DNA of 64,000 nt, from assembly GCA_963770565.1 (NCBI GenBank), contig CAVYQE010000001.1, positions 928,001-992,000 of the forward strand, read 5' to 3'. Under the pieces are notes generated by a model. The model made no database searches. It had not been told where the DNA came from and saw only the letters and a list, made by a program, of their open reading frames with translations. Shown piece by piece: positions 48,957 to 59,640 of this stretch (the first letter of the stretch is position 1; every line of letters begins with the position of its first letter). A program made the translations under genes and the position numbers. The DNA comes from an uncultured Actinomycetota bacterium. Lineage in GTDB: Bacteria > Actinomycetota > Actinomycetes > JAFAQI01.

Positions 48957-51266
48957 ATGACCCAGACTCAGTCCGCCGCGGCTGAAGAGCGAGCGCTGGC
49001 GGCGATCGTCAGGTCGTCGCACGACGCAGTGATCGCCAAGACCGTCGACGGAATCGTCACCGCCTGGAATCTTGGGGCGACGCTGCTCTATGGCTATCCG
49101 GCTGATCACATGCTGGGCGAGAGCATCGAGCTGACGATCCCGCCGGAACATCTGGACGAGGAACGGGCCCGACACGCACGTGTCGCGCAAGGACATCCGG
49201 AGAGCGGATACCAATGCGTGCGCTTGCGAGCGGATGGTCGCCCGATCCGGGTGGTCATGTCGATGTCTCCGGTGCGCGACGATGACGGCACCGTCGTCGG
49301 CGTTGCCACGATTTCGCGGCCGGTCAGTGACCAGGAGGGCGCCAACGCGCGATTTGCCTCACTGCTCGAGGCAGCGCCGGACGCGATGGTGTGCGTCGAC
49401 GAGTCGGGGCGGATCGAGCTGGTCAACGCCGCGACCAGCACAATGTTCGGATACGCGAGGTCCGAGCTGATCGGTGCCTCGTTGGAGATGCTGATCCCGG
49501 ACGAGCTTCGCAACCTCCATCGCCAGCATCGCGCGGAGTTCTTCCGGGAGCCGACGCCGCGCGCGATGGGTGTCGGGCTGTCGTTGGAGGCCCGGCGCCG
49601 CGACGGTTCGACGTTCCCGGTCGAGGTCAGCCTTGCGGTCGACAAGAGCGGGGAGTCGCTGGCGATCGCCGCGGTACGGGACGTCACTGAAGCGCGTGAG
49701 ATTGCGGCCGCGTTGAGCGAGAGTGAGACGCAGCTGCGTCAGCTCGCTGAGAACGTCGACACGGTGTTCGCGCTCTACCAGATCGATCCGCTCGAATACC
49801 TCTACATCAGCCCTGGATTTCAGAAGCTGACCGGATGGACCCCGGAGGAGCTCAAGGCCGACCCCTCCCTGCCGACCGCCGTCATTCACCCGGACGACCG
49901 GGAGCGCTGGCACACCTCGTTCTTCGCACCCAGCCAGGTCGGGTTGCCGGCGATGTCGGAGCACCGCATCATTCGCGCCGACGGTCAGGTTCGGTGGGTG
50001 CGCTCGTTCGCGAGCATTGTCCCTAACCCGCACGGTCGCCCCGAACGCATCGTGACGACCACCGAGGACATCACCGATCGGGTGGAGGCAGCGCAGGCAC
50101 TTCAGGAGGCCGAGTCCACCGCCCGCGCGGCCAACGACGCCAAGAACGAGTTCCTGTCCCGGATGAGCCACGAGCTGCGGACGCCACTGAACGCCGTGCT
50201 CGGATTCGGTCAGCTGCTCGAGCACCACCTCGTCGAGTCGGAGTATTCCGACTTCGCCCGGCACGTGGTTCGGGCCGGCCGGCACCTGCTGGATCTGATC
50301 AACGAGGTCCTCGACATCGCCAGGATCGAGTCCGGCGAGATGTCGGTCAGCCCTGAGCCGGTGGCGGTAGCCACGATCGTCGGCGAGACCGCACTGCTGA
50401 TGCAACCACTCGCCGAAGCTGCCGGGATAACGATCTCCGTGATCCCCGGCCCACTGACCGAGTACGCCCTCGCCGATCGTCAGCGGCTCCGTCAGATCCT
50501 GCTCAACCTGATCTCCAACGCGGTGAAGTACAACCGGGTGGGCGGTGGGGTCTGGCTGAGCTGGTCGGCAGCCGGCGACGACGAAGTGTCGATCACCGTG
50601 CGTGACGACGGGCCGGGAATCTCCCCCGACCTCTACGAGCGCTTGTTCGTTCCGTTCGATCGGCTCGGCGCCGAGGCCAGCGGAATCGAGGGCACCGGAG
50701 TGGGCCTCACCGTGACGCGCGGTCTCACCGAGCTCATGAACGGCACGCTGCGCTTCGAGTCGGCCGTCGGAAAGGGTACGACGTTCATGGTCGGCCTCCC
50801 GACCGCTCACGAGCCGCTTGCCTCGATCCCCGAGCACGTGGCGCCCAAGCCACACGATCCCGCGGTCGCCGGGTCGGCGACCGTCCTCTACATCGAGGAC
50901 AACGAGCCGAACGTTCGGGTGATGGAGTCAGTGCTGGCGCTACGACCGGAGTGGCGGCTCATCCATGCCGGGCTGGCGAGCCTCGGTCTCGAGCTGGCCC
51001 GGTCGCAGGAGCCGGACTTGATCCTGCTCGACGTCCACCTGCCGGACAGCTCGGGCCAGGACGTTCTGGCCTCGTTGAAGAGCGACCCACGCACCGCCGA
51101 CGTCGATGTCGTCGTACTCAGTGCCGACGCCAGCAACCAGCAGGTCAAGCGGCTGCTGGCGGCCGGCGCCGCGCAGTACATCACCAAGCCGCTGGACCTC
51201 ACCGAAGTGCTGGCGATCCTCGATCGCACCGCCGCTGAGAAGGCGGGGTCTCAAGGCGATGCATGA
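48957..51266 (+). CDS. Cytoplasmic hybrid histidine kinase (3 PAS, HisKA, HATPase, REC)
   Basis: PAS motifs, FLSRMSHELRTPLN, NLISNAVKYN, DDGPG, GTGVGL, YIEDN...LLDVHLP...TKP. Confidence 0.93.
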   Translation: MTQTQSAAAEERALAAIVRSSHDAVIAKTVDGIVTAWNLGATLLYGYPADHMLGESIELTIPPEHLDEERARHARVAQGHPESGYQCVRLRADGRPIRVVMSMSPVRDDDGTVVGVATISRPVSDQEGANARFASLLEAAPDAMVCVDESGRIELVNAATSTMFGYARSELIGASLEMLIPDELRNLHRQHRAEFFREPTPRAMGVGLSLEARRRDGSTFPVEVSLAVDKSGESLAIAAVRDVTEAREIAAALSESETQLRQLAENVDTVFALYQIDPLEYLYISPGFQKLTGWTPEELKADPSLPTAVIHPDDRERWHTSFFAPSQVGLPAMSEHRIIRADGQVRWVRSFASIVPNPHGRPERIVTTTEDITDRVEAAQALQEAESTARAANDAKNEFLSRMSHELRTPLNAVLGFGQLLEHHLVESEYSDFARHVVRAGRHLLDLINEVLDIARIESGEMSVSPEPVAVATIVGETALLMQPLAEAAGITISVIPGPLTEYALADRQRLRQILLNLISNAVKYNRVGGGVWLSWSAAGDDEVSITVRDDGPGISPDLYERLFVPFDRLGAEASGIEGTGVGLTVTRGLTELMNGTLRFESAVGKGTTFMVGLPTAHEPLASIPEHVAPKPHDPAVAGSATVLYIEDNEPNVRVMESVLALRPEWRLIHAGLASLGLELARSQEPDLILLDVHLPDSSGQDVLASLKSDPRTADVDVVVLSADASNQQVKRLLAAGAAQYITKPLDLTEVLAILDRTAAEKAGSQGDA

Positions 51267-52437
51267 GTCACTCGCCCCCTTTGCCACCATGTCGGTCCTC
51301 GTCATCGACGACAACCCGGTCAACGTCGACCTGCTGAAGTCGCTGCTCAGGGCCGAAGGAATCTCGCGGGTGATCTGCGAGACCGAGGCCCGTCGGGTCG
51401 CCGGGATCCTTCCGCTCGTCAATCCGGATCTCATCCTGCTCGACCTCCACATGCCGCATGTCGATGGCTACGCCGTACTGGATGAGATCCGGGAGTTCGC
51501 CGCCGGGACCTACCTGCCGGTTCTGGTGGTCACGGCCGACTCGACCCCGGAGGCCCGCAACCGCGCGCTGTCGCACGGTGCGCGCGACTTCCTTACCAAG
51601 CCGCTCGACATCACCGAGATCACCTTGCGGATCGCGAACCTGCTACAGACCCGTCAGCTGTACGCCGACCTGCGCCGAGCCGTCGGCAACACCAACGGCA
51701 AGGTCGACCTGGACCAACCGGTGGTGCGCAACCTCATTCAAACCGTGATCGACGGCCGCCGGATCGCGCCGTTCTTCCAACCGGTCATCGACATCGACGA
51801 CCACGTCACGGTCGGCTACGAGGCGCTGGCCCGGTTCGTCCAGCCGAGCAGTCGCGGACCGGCCGGCTGGTTCGAGGACGCCCATCAGGTCGGACTCGGT
51901 GTCCGGCTCGAGTGGCTCGCCGTCATGCAGGCGTTGCCCTTCCTGGACACGATCCCACCGGACTGCTTCCTTGCCCTGAACATGTCGCCGGCCACGATCC
52001 TTCAGCTGCAGCACCAGGAGCTGTGCAGCGCAGAGATGTGTCCGCAGATCGTCATCGAGCTGACCGAGCATGTGCCGGTCGAGGACTACTCGGCGCTCCA
52101 CGCGGCGCTGCGGGAGATTCGTGAGAACGGCGCCCGACTGGCCGCCGACGATCTCGGCGCGGGGTACGCCGGCTTCCGCCACCTGATCGCTCTTGAGCCG
52201 GACATCATCAAGCTCGACATGTCCTTGGTCAGCGGCATTCACCGCAATCGGGTCGGGCGGGCGCTGTCCCGTGCCTTGGTCGCGTTTGCGAGCGATGTCG
52301 GAGCGGTGGTCATCGCCGAAGGGGTCGAGGACGCCGAAGATCTGGAGGAGCTGCGCAGTATCGGCGTCCATTGGGCTCAGGGTTACCTCCTTGGCCGCCC
52401 GGCGCCCTTGCCGCACAATGGGGCACGAGTCCCATGA
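51259..52437 (+). CDS. Response regulator with EAL c-di-GMP phosphodiesterase domain
   Basis: VIDDN...LLDLHMP...TKP; FQP, YEALAR, IELTE, DDLGAG, IKLD, AEGVE, QGY. Confidence 0.92.
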   Translation: MHESLAPFATMSVLVIDDNPVNVDLLKSLLRAEGISRVICETEARRVAGILPLVNPDLILLDLHMPHVDGYAVLDEIREFAAGTYLPVLVVTADSTPEARNRALSHGARDFLTKPLDITEITLRIANLLQTRQLYADLRRAVGNTNGKVDLDQPVVRNLIQTVIDGRRIAPFFQPVIDIDDHVTVGYEALARFVQPSSRGPAGWFEDAHQVGLGVRLEWLAVMQALPFLDTIPPDCFLALNMSPATILQLQHQELCSAEMCPQIVIELTEHVPVEDYSALHAALREIRENGARLAADDLGAGYAGFRHLIALEPDIIKLDMSLVSGIHRNRVGRALSRALVAFASDVGAVVIAEGVEDAEDLEELRSIGVHWAQGYLLGRPAPLPHNGARVP

Positions 52438-53288
52438 GTGTGATGGGGAGGGAGCAGGTCTTGCCCCGCGACCTCGGCATCGAGATCGTCCTGCAGCGGC
52501 TGCCGGAAGGCCCGGCTGCGGCTGCCTCGTCCGCGCCGTTTCAGCGCGCGGGCCGACGCGATCGGGCGTTGCCGTTCCTCGTCGTCGCGGTGGTCGCCGA
52601 GGCGAGCGTGCTACTGCCGCCCGGCCCGCACTCGACGCTGGAGCTGGTGATCAGCCTTTGCCTGCTTGCCGCGGTGGTCGGATCTTTCTGGCTGCCATGG
52701 GAGCGGATCCCGGCGTGGGCGAGTGTGACGCTTCCGCTTGCCTACTTGGGTTCGACGCTTGCGCTGACGCTCTCGACCGGGCAGAGCGGGTCAGGTATCG
52801 GGATCGTGGTGCTGGTCCCACTGGTGTGGACCGCGCTGTTCCACCGGCTCTGGGAGTCGATCGTCGTCGTCGCCGGTGTGGTGGTCGTCGAGATCGTCAC
52901 AGCCTTGACACCGGTGCACCTGTCCAACACGGTCATTGCCCGTCGGTGCTTCTTCTGGAGTGTGCTCGGCGTACTGATCTCGGTGGCAATCCACGGCCTG
53001 CGGGAACGAGCCCGCAAGGCGCAGCAGGAGGCGATCGACCTGCAGGAGCAGATGCGCGACGCGGCGCTGATGGCCGATCGCGACCGGATCGGGGTGCGGC
53101 TGCACCATTCGACGATCCAGAGAATCAGCTCGGTCAGTCTCTACCTCGAAGGTACCAAGAACCTCACCGACCAGCAGCCGGTCAGCGAGCGTCTTGCTCG
53201 TGCCGTCTCTGACCTCGACGACACCGTTACTGAACTTCGGGTGGCAATCTTCGATCTGGATGCGGGTCCGCCCGACTCGACGACGTAG
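52434..53288 (+). CDS. Multi-TM protein with DosS-like HisKA_3 domain and no ATPase domain
   Basis: About 5-6 TM helices; DRDRIGVRLHHSTIQRI...AVSDLDDTVTELRVAIFDL, then stop. Confidence 0.75.
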   Translation: MSVMGREQVLPRDLGIEIVLQRLPEGPAAAASSAPFQRAGRRDRALPFLVVAVVAEASVLLPPGPHSTLELVISLCLLAAVVGSFWLPWERIPAWASVTLPLAYLGSTLALTLSTGQSGSGIGIVVLVPLVWTALFHRLWESIVVVAGVVVVEIVTALTPVHLSNTVIARRCFFWSVLGVLISVAIHGLRERARKAQQEAIDLQEQMRDAALMADRDRIGVRLHHSTIQRISSVSLYLEGTKNLTDQQPVSERLARAVSDLDDTVTELRVAIFDLDAGPPDSTT

Positions 53289-53301
53289 CTGACGAGCAGC
53301 G

Positions 53302-54003
53302 CTAGTCGATCGTGTCCCGGGTTACGTCGTGGGCGAGGACTGCCGCCTGGGTCCTGCGCTCGAGGCCGAGCTTGGCCAGGATGTTCGAGACGTAGTTCTT
53401 CACGGTCTTCTCGGCGAGGAACATTCGTTCGCCGATCTGGCGGTTCGTCAGGCCCTCGCCGACGAGGTCGAGGACTTTGCGTTCCTGGTCGGACAGGGCG
53501 GACAGCCGATGCTGGCTGCGCCCGTGGGTGCGAAGTCGCTCCATGACCTGGTGGGTCGCGGTCGGGTCGAGCAACGAGCCGCCCGCGGCCACGATTCGCA
53601 CCGCGCCGATCAGGTCGGAGCCACGGATCTGCTTCAGTACGTAGCCCTGTGCGCCGGCGATGATCGCGTCGAGCATCGCCTCGTCGTCGGCAAACGAGGT
53701 CAGCATCAGGCAGGCGAGGTCCGGCATGGTGGAGCGGAGCTCACGGCAGGCGGTCACTCCACTTCCATCCGGCAAGCGGACGTCCAGGACGGCGACCTGC
53801 GGACGCACGACCGGTGCGCGGGCCAGGGCCTCGGCGACCGATGATGCCTCGCCGACGACGGTGATGTCGCCTTCGGCCTCGAGCATGTCCTTGACACCAC
53901 GCCGGACGACCTCGTGGTCGTCGAGGAGGAAGACCGTGATGGCCTCGCGCGCGCTACCGGTCGCAGTTTCGGCCGGCTCGGGGCTAGGCCTCGACCGTGA
54001 CAC
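53302..54003 (-). CDS. DosR/DevR-like NarL-family response regulator
   Basis: [51 protein letters not shown]...ERRTQAAV. Confidence 0.88.
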   Translation of the reverse strand: MSRSRPSPEPAETATGSAREAITVFLLDDHEVVRRGVKDMLEAEGDITVVGEASSVAEALARAPVVRPQVAVLDVRLPDGSGVTACRELRSTMPDLACLMLTSFADDEAMLDAIIAGAQGYVLKQIRGSDLIGAVRIVAAGGSLLDPTATHQVMERLRTHGRSQHRLSALSDQERKVLDLVGEGLTNRQIGERMFLAEKTVKNYVSNILAKLGLERRTQAAVLAHDVTRDTID

Positions 54004-54439
54004 GGTTGTCGATCCGGGTGAGCCCTGGGAGGGAGACGACTGCGCGTTCGGCGGCGAGTCGCTCAGCCGGTGACGACACCTTGCCGGTCAGAGTCACGAC
54101 GTGATCCCGGACCTCGGCGACGACCGCGTCGATCGGTAGGTCAGGGGCGTGTTGAAGTGCCTTCTGGGCCGCATGGGCAAGCTCGGTGTCGGTCTCGCCG
54201 GCCGACTGGGCCGACCGTACGACGATGTCGTCCGCCACTGAGTGCACGCCCCACACCTCGAGGGAGGCCGCGTGTGCGACGTGCCGCTGCGCGTCGGTCG
54301 GGACCTGTCCGGTGAGTGTGACGGTGCCGTGGTCGGCCGAGACTCCGATGTGGGGTGCGTCGTGGCCGAGCGCGGTCCGCAGCGCGGCCTCGACCATGTC
54401 CTGAAGGACTTCGTCTGTAGGGTTCGCGATGTGTTCCAT
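53984..54439 (-). CDS. Dual BON domain protein
   Basis: Two VTLTG.V...GV/L...D/N.I/V.V repeats. Confidence 0.85.
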   Translation of the reverse strand: MEHIANPTDEVLQDMVEAALRTALGHDAPHIGVSADHGTVTLTGQVPTDAQRHVAHAASLEVWGVHSVADDIVVRSAQSAGETDTELAHAAQKALQHAPDLPIDAVVAEVRDHVVTLTGKVSSPAERLAAERAVVSLPGLTRIDNRVTVEA

Positions 54440-54472
54440 GCATCAACCGTCGCCGACCGTCCCAACCCGCGC

Positions 54473-54490
54473 TAGGGCCGATAGTCCTCA
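54473..54490. promoter_or_regulatory. DosR box
   Basis: TGAGGACTATCGGCCCTA on the minus strand upstream of BON-dosR; resembles the mycobacterial DosR consensus. Confidence 0.65.
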
Positions 54491-54579
54491 GTTCTGCTGG
54501 GATGAGTCCCGAACCGAGGTACCGTAGACCTGCCGAGATCCCGCGCCTGCTGAAGCCCACTGCCTGGTCGCGAGGAATC

Positions 54580-55557
54580 ATGGCCGAACCTTCACCCGAA
54601 TACTCGTCCTACCTGCCCGCCACCGGCAGCTCGATTGCTGCGGGCCCACTGGCCGCCGCGGCCGCCCAAGTCTCGCTCCGGGGGATCGAACCGCACGTCG
54701 CCCTCGATACGCGGGTCGCCTTCGTCCAGCTGGGCGAGGTGACGCTGTGTGCGCTCGCGGTCGGCGCGGGCGCGACAATGCAGCTGCCCGGATCCGCCTG
54801 CTACCGCGTCGTACTGCCGATCGAAGGCCAGGCGCTTGCCCGGGTGATGGACCGCGGTTCGCGTTCGATCGACCCGGCCATGGGCCTGTGCGTATCGCCG
54901 CGCGACGATGTCGAGCTCACCTGCCACTATCGCTACAGCCACGTGGTCGTCTCCTTCCCGCCGGACCTCGTCCGCCGCGAGGTGGAGCGCCTCGGAGGCG
55001 GGCCGGTCGTTCAGCCGATCGAGTTCGAACCGGCGGTCGACCTCACCGCACCGGTGAGCCGGGCGTGGCGCGACGCGATCGCCGCGGTCGAGATCGGCTC
55101 CTATGCGGCCGGCGTGCTGGGCACGGTCGGTGCGCCTCCGCACCGGATCGAACACTGGCTGTTGACCCTCCTGGTCCGGGATCAACCGTTGCGGCACCCG
55201 GTCGGCGTACGACGACGGCCGGCCGGCATCGCAGGGCGGGTCATCGACGCCATCGAGCGAAGGCCCGAGCATCGTTGGACGGTTGATGAGCTCGCGGCGA
55301 CCGTTCCGTGCGGGGTCCGCACGCTGCAGACAAGCTTCCGTACGTCGACCGGTCTCTCTCCGACCGAGTACTTGCGTGGCGTCCGGCTTCAGCGGGTTCA
55401 CGACGAACTCGAAGGATCCGTGGCCGGACTGGCGACGGTAACGACCATCGCCATGAGTTGGGGCTTCACGCACATGGGTCGTTTCAGCGCTTCGTATCAC
55501 AAGCACTTTCGCGAGTATCCGAGCGAAACTCTGAAGGGTTCACACGAGGTGCACTAG
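54580..55557 (+). CDS. AraC family transcriptional regulator
   Basis: WTVDELA...RTLQTSFR..TGLSPTEYLR, WGFTHMGRFS..Y...FREYPSETL. Confidence 0.9.
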   Translation: MAEPSPEYSSYLPATGSSIAAGPLAAAAAQVSLRGIEPHVALDTRVAFVQLGEVTLCALAVGAGATMQLPGSACYRVVLPIEGQALARVMDRGSRSIDPAMGLCVSPRDDVELTCHYRYSHVVVSFPPDLVRREVERLGGGPVVQPIEFEPAVDLTAPVSRAWRDAIAAVEIGSYAAGVLGTVGAPPHRIEHWLLTLLVRDQPLRHPVGVRRRPAGIAGRVIDAIERRPEHRWTVDELAATVPCGVRTLQTSFRTSTGLSPTEYLRGVRLQRVHDELEGSVAGLATVTTIAMSWGFTHMGRFSASYHKHFREYPSETLKGSHEVH

Positions 55558-55596
55558 AAGCAGTGCTCGGTCGTACCCGTCAGGGGATGCCGAGGG

Positions 55597-56463
55597 CTAG
55601 AGCCAGTTGCGGAGCATCGCTGTGGCAACCGCGGACGCTCGGTCGCGCGACTTGAGCTTGACGTGCGTGCGCTCGAGATAGGTCTTGATGGTCGAGACGG
55701 CGACGCCGAGCCGGCGGGCGATCTGCTCGTTGGTCGCTCCGCTAGCGACGTGCGTCAACACCTGGCGCTCGCGCGCGGTGAGCGGGTTAGCGGCCGCGAT
55801 TCCGAGCGTGCTGAGCAACTGGCCGAGATGGCCGACCACGGTGATGCCGGTGGTCGTCGACCGCAGGCTGACGTCGACCGAGCGCCCTGGATCGGTGAGC
55901 AGGATCACCCGCGCCCGCCGACCGGTGGACTGGCCGTCGTTGGCGAGCCGAAGGCATCGCGCGATCGCGTCGGCAGACGCCCTCGAGCCGTCGATGATCA
56001 CGAAGTCGATGGTCCTGAGCAGCTGCGAGAACGCGCGGCCGCCGCTGACCGCCGATCGGTCGCCTTGAGTCGGTGTGATCACCATCGACGGGATGCCCGC
56101 CTCGGCCAGGAGATGCGAAGTGCAGGCCGAGACACCGCGGCTGGCCGCGGACAGGATGCAGGCCTGCCAGATCGGACGGCTGCGCGTCGCCGGCCGCAGG
56201 CGCGCCACCAACCGGACCAGGCTGTCGTCGAGCTCAGCTTCGACCAGGGAGTCTGCGTCCGGCTGGCTCGCCACCTGCGCGATGCCCAGTCGCAACTGCT
56301 CGTAGATCCCCACCAGGGGCTGACCGGTCCGCAGGGCCAGATGGATCATCAGATCAGTGGTCTGCTCGTCAACGCTGAGAAACGTGGTGAGCACCGTCGG
56401 GGGCGCCTCGATCGGCGCGCACACGGGCTCGACGAGGGGCGTCACTACATGAAGCGATGTCAT
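55597..56463 (-). CDS. LuxR C-terminal HTH regulator with atypical N-terminus
   Basis: LTARERQVL...GATNEQIARRLGVAVSTIKTY...KL...DRASAV. Confidence 0.8.
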   Translation of the reverse strand: MTSLHVVTPLVEPVCAPIEAPPTVLTTFLSVDEQTTDLMIHLALRTGQPLVGIYEQLRLGIAQVASQPDADSLVEAELDDSLVRLVARLRPATRSRPIWQACILSAASRGVSACTSHLLAEAGIPSMVITPTQGDRSAVSGGRAFSQLLRTIDFVIIDGSRASADAIARCLRLANDGQSTGRRARVILLTDPGRSVDVSLRSTTTGITVVGHLGQLLSTLGIAAANPLTARERQVLTHVASGATNEQIARRLGVAVSTIKTYLERTHVKLKSRDRASAVATAMLRNWL

Positions 56464-56673
56464 TTGCGCACGACCTTGTCAACCGAGGGGAATTCGGGCG
56501 GGGTCGTGGCCAGCGGTTCTCGACGCGAGAGTGGGTCGTACCAAACCACGACCGGTGGCTTCGCCGATATGCGGATTCCGAACCTCGCTATCCGTTCAGC
56601 GAATGAATGCAGGTATTTCTCCTGTTATCGGGCTAATAATCCCGTCATGCCGACCCGTACGCGCCTCACGCGG

Positions 56674-57564
56674 TTAGCGGGGGAGTGCCTCGTGGTTCCG
56701 GATCGGGTCGGCGTGCGGGACCACCACGACCGGCACCTTGGACTGCGAGGTGAGGGTCCGTACGACCGAGCGTCCGAGCCGACGACCTGGGCTGTGCGTG
56801 CCGATGACGAGCATTGCGTTGTTGTCGATCGCCAGCTCGAGCAGTCGGTGCCCGGCCGGTCCGGTCTCGCTCGAACAGACCACGGTCGTCGAAGCCGACG
56901 GCAGATGCATCCGAACCCAGTTGCTGAGCGACACCTCGTCAGGATCGGCGGGCCGACCGTCTCGACTCGGGGTCCGAACCTCGACCGCAAGAACGGTGAT
57001 GCCGCGAAGGTCGGCTTCCTTGGCGGCCCAGTGCAGCGCATCGATCGACGCGGTCGATCGGTCCAGCCCGCAGACCAACCGGCTCGGCGACGGAGACTGC
57101 GCGGCCGGCGGCACGAGGATCACCGGGCAGTGGGCGTGGCGGACGACCTCCCGAGGCACGGTGTCGAGCAGCGCGGCGGTAGTCGCATGATTCGTGGTCA
57201 CGCCCAGGACAAGGAGCAGCGCCGAGCGCGACGCGACGATCAACTCCTCCGCGATCGGCGCGGTGGTAACCCGGGCGTCGATGTGCTCGAGGTCCGGTGC
57301 CACCTCGTGCGCGATCGCGGTGACCCGCGACACCGCTGCGTGTCGCCGTTCTTCCGCGCTCTCGATGCTGCCGAAGACCTCCGGTGCCTCCGCTCCGACC
57401 AGCTTGTGGACGACGACCAGCGGGGCTCCGCGGAGCCGGGCCTCGGCGGCGCCGGTCCGCAGTGCATTGGTGCCGGCCGGGCCCTCGAGGTAACCGACGA
57501 TGACCGGACGCGGTCGACTCAGGGCATGAAGTTCGAGTGGGCTCGGCTTCGCCACGTGCGTCAT
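56674..57564 (-). CDS. Universal stress protein (tandem USP domains)
   Basis: PVIVGY, VVRHAHCPVILVP, LVCGLDRS...ALHWAA, VPVVVVP. Confidence 0.88.
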   Translation of the reverse strand: MTHVAKPSPLELHALSRPRPVIVGYLEGPAGTNALRTGAAEARLRGAPLVVVHKLVGAEAPEVFGSIESAEERRHAAVSRVTAIAHEVAPDLEHIDARVTTAPIAEELIVASRSALLLVLGVTTNHATTAALLDTVPREVVRHAHCPVILVPPAAQSPSPSRLVCGLDRSTASIDALHWAAKEADLRGITVLAVEVRTPSRDGRPADPDEVSLSNWVRMHLPSASTTVVCSSETGPAGHRLLELAIDNNAMLVIGTHSPGRRLGRSVVRTLTSQSKVPVVVVPHADPIRNHEALPR

Positions 57565-57598
57565 TCCTCAATCCTGGGGATTGAGCCAGCGTCGTGAG

Positions 57599-57616
57599 TA
57601 GAGTCCTTGGTCCCTT
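57599..57616. promoter_or_regulatory. DosR box
   Basis: AAGGGACCAAGGACTCTA on the minus strand, about 35 bp upstream of the USP start. Confidence 0.6.
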
Positions 57617-57627
57617 TGTGGCTGGCG

Positions 57628-58569
57628 TCAGACCGTTTCGAGCGCCTGAGCCACGACTGCGGGCCTACTGATGATCGTGCCCGCTTCGCCGGCGAGGATG
57701 CGGTCGGCATCCTCCATCGCGCCGATCGCGGCGATACCGCCGGTGAGTTCCACGAACCGACAGGCGGCTTCGACCTTCGGCCCCATCGAGCCGGCCGGGA
57801 ACCCTTCGCTCCGGAGCTCGTTGGGCGTCGTCGTACCGATCGGCTGTGCGGCTGGGGTGCCGAAGCCGCGCACCACGTTGGGGACGTCGGTGAGGAGCAC
57901 CAACGCGTCGAGCTCGAGGGTGCGCGCCAGCAGTTCAGCGGTGAGGTCCTTGTCGACCACTGCCTCGACGCCGCGCAGATGACCGGTGGACTGGTCCCGG
58001 ACGACCGGCACCCCGCCGCCGCCCGCGCACACGACCAGGCTGCCCGCCGCGACCAAGGTCCGGATGGACGCCGTTTCGATGATCTGCTGCGGCTGTGGTG
58101 AGGCCACCACTCGCCGCCAGGCGTTGCCGTCGGGTCGCACCGTCCAACCGCGGTCCGCGGCGATCGAGTTCGCCTCGTCCTCGGAGTAGGTGGGACCGAC
58201 GAACTTCGTCGGCCGGTCGAATGCCGGGTCGTCGGCGTTGACCAGGGTCTGCGTCAGCAAGGTCGCGACCTGCCGGTCCGGCAGCTCGTTCTGCAGCGCC
58301 TGGGTGAGGATGTAGCCGATCATTCCCTGGGTCTGGGCGTCGAGGACGTCGAGCGGGTAGGGCCGGCTGAGGCCGGGATCCGACGCACTCTCCAGGGCCA
58401 GCATTCCGACCTGTGGGCCGTTGCCGTGGGTGATCACCACCTGGTGGGTGCGCGCGACGCGGGCGATCGCCGCCGCAGCCTTCGTGACGTTGAACTGCTG
58501 CACGTCGGCGTCCGGCCGCTCACCACGGTGAAGCAGCGCGTTTCCGCCGAGCGCGATGAGTACGCGCAT
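57628..58569 (-). CDS. arcC: Carbamate kinase
   Basis: IALGGNAL, THGNGPQVG, PTKFVGP, GGGGVPV, EAVVDKD, GSMGPKV. Confidence 0.96.
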   Translation of the reverse strand: MRVLIALGGNALLHRGERPDADVQQFNVTKAAAAIARVARTHQVVITHGNGPQVGMLALESASDPGLSRPYPLDVLDAQTQGMIGYILTQALQNELPDRQVATLLTQTLVNADDPAFDRPTKFVGPTYSEDEANSIAADRGWTVRPDGNAWRRVVASPQPQQIIETASIRTLVAAGSLVVCAGGGGVPVVRDQSTGHLRGVEAVVDKDLTAELLARTLELDALVLLTDVPNVVRGFGTPAAQPIGTTTPNELRSEGFPAGSMGPKVEAACRFVELTGGIAAIGAMEDADRILAGEAGTIISRPAVVAQALETV

Positions 58570-58574
58570 CAGGC

Positions 58575-59576
58575 TCAGTCTCCAAGGGTTGCGACGAGGA
58601 TCGCCTTGATCGAGTGCAGCCGGTTCTCGGCCTGATCGAAGACGATGGATTCGGGCCCCTCGAAGACGTCCTCGGTGACCTCGAGCGCCTCGAGGCCGTG
58701 CGCCTTGTAGAGCTCCTCGCCGATGACGGTCTGCCGGTTGTGGAACGCCGGCAGGCAGTGCATGACCTTGGTTGAAGGGTTGCCCGTCGCCGCGACGGTC
58801 TTGGCGTTGATCTGGTAGGGCAGCAGCTCCGCGATTCTCTGGGTCCACGCCTCGGCCGGCTCACCCATCGACACCCAGACGTCGGTGTAGAGGAAGTCGG
58901 CGCCGGCGACTGCCGCATCGACGTCGTCGGAGATCAGGATGCGCGCGCCGCTGGCTGCCGCGAGGCTCTGGCAGGTCGCGATGTGATCGGCGTCCGGCCA
59001 TCGGTCCCGGGGCGCCGCGAGCCTGACGTCCATGCCGAGAATGGCGCCGATCGCGAGCAACGAGTTGCCCATGTTGTTACGCGCGTCGCCGAGATAGCAG
59101 TACGCGATCTCCTCGAGCGGTTTGCGGCTGTGCTCGGTCATGGTGAAGACGTCGCACAACGTCTGAGTGGGGTGGAAGCTGTCGGTCAACCCGTTGTAGA
59201 CCGGGACACCTGCGTACGCCGCGAGCTCCTCGACCGTCGCCTGGGCGAAGCCCCGGTATTCGATCGCGTCATACATACGACCGAGGACCCGGGCGGTGTC
59301 GCGCATCGACTCCTTGTGCCCGATCTGCGTACCGCTCGGCCCGAGGTAGGTGGGCCAGGCGCCCTGGTCGACCGCCGCGACCTCGAACGCGCACCGCGTA
59401 CGGGTCGAGGTCTTCTCGAAGATCAGCGCGATGTTCTTGCCCGACAGGTGCTGGCGCTCGGTGCCGGCGTACTTCGCCGCCTTGAGCTCGCCGGTGAGCC
59501 GGAGCAGGAACCGCAGCTCGTCCGCGGTGTAGTCGAGTTCCTTGAGGAAGTGGCGGTTACGAAGGTTGACGGGCAT
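58575..59576 (-). CDS. arcB: Ornithine carbamoyltransferase (catabolic context)
   Basis: [35 protein letters not shown]. Confidence 0.95.
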   Translation of the reverse strand: MPVNLRNRHFLKELDYTADELRFLLRLTGELKAAKYAGTERQHLSGKNIALIFEKTSTRTRCAFEVAAVDQGAWPTYLGPSGTQIGHKESMRDTARVLGRMYDAIEYRGFAQATVEELAAYAGVPVYNGLTDSFHPTQTLCDVFTMTEHSRKPLEEIAYCYLGDARNNMGNSLLAIGAILGMDVRLAAPRDRWPDADHIATCQSLAAASGARILISDDVDAAVAGADFLYTDVWVSMGEPAEAWTQRIAELLPYQINAKTVAATGNPSTKVMHCLPAFHNRQTVIGEELYKAHGLEALEVTEDVFEGPESIVFDQAENRLHSIKAILVATLGD

Positions 59577-59640
59577 TGCTGGTCAGTCCTTTCGGTGCTT
59601 CGGCCCGGTGGCCGGGAAGCCCATCGATTGCTGCGACCGG

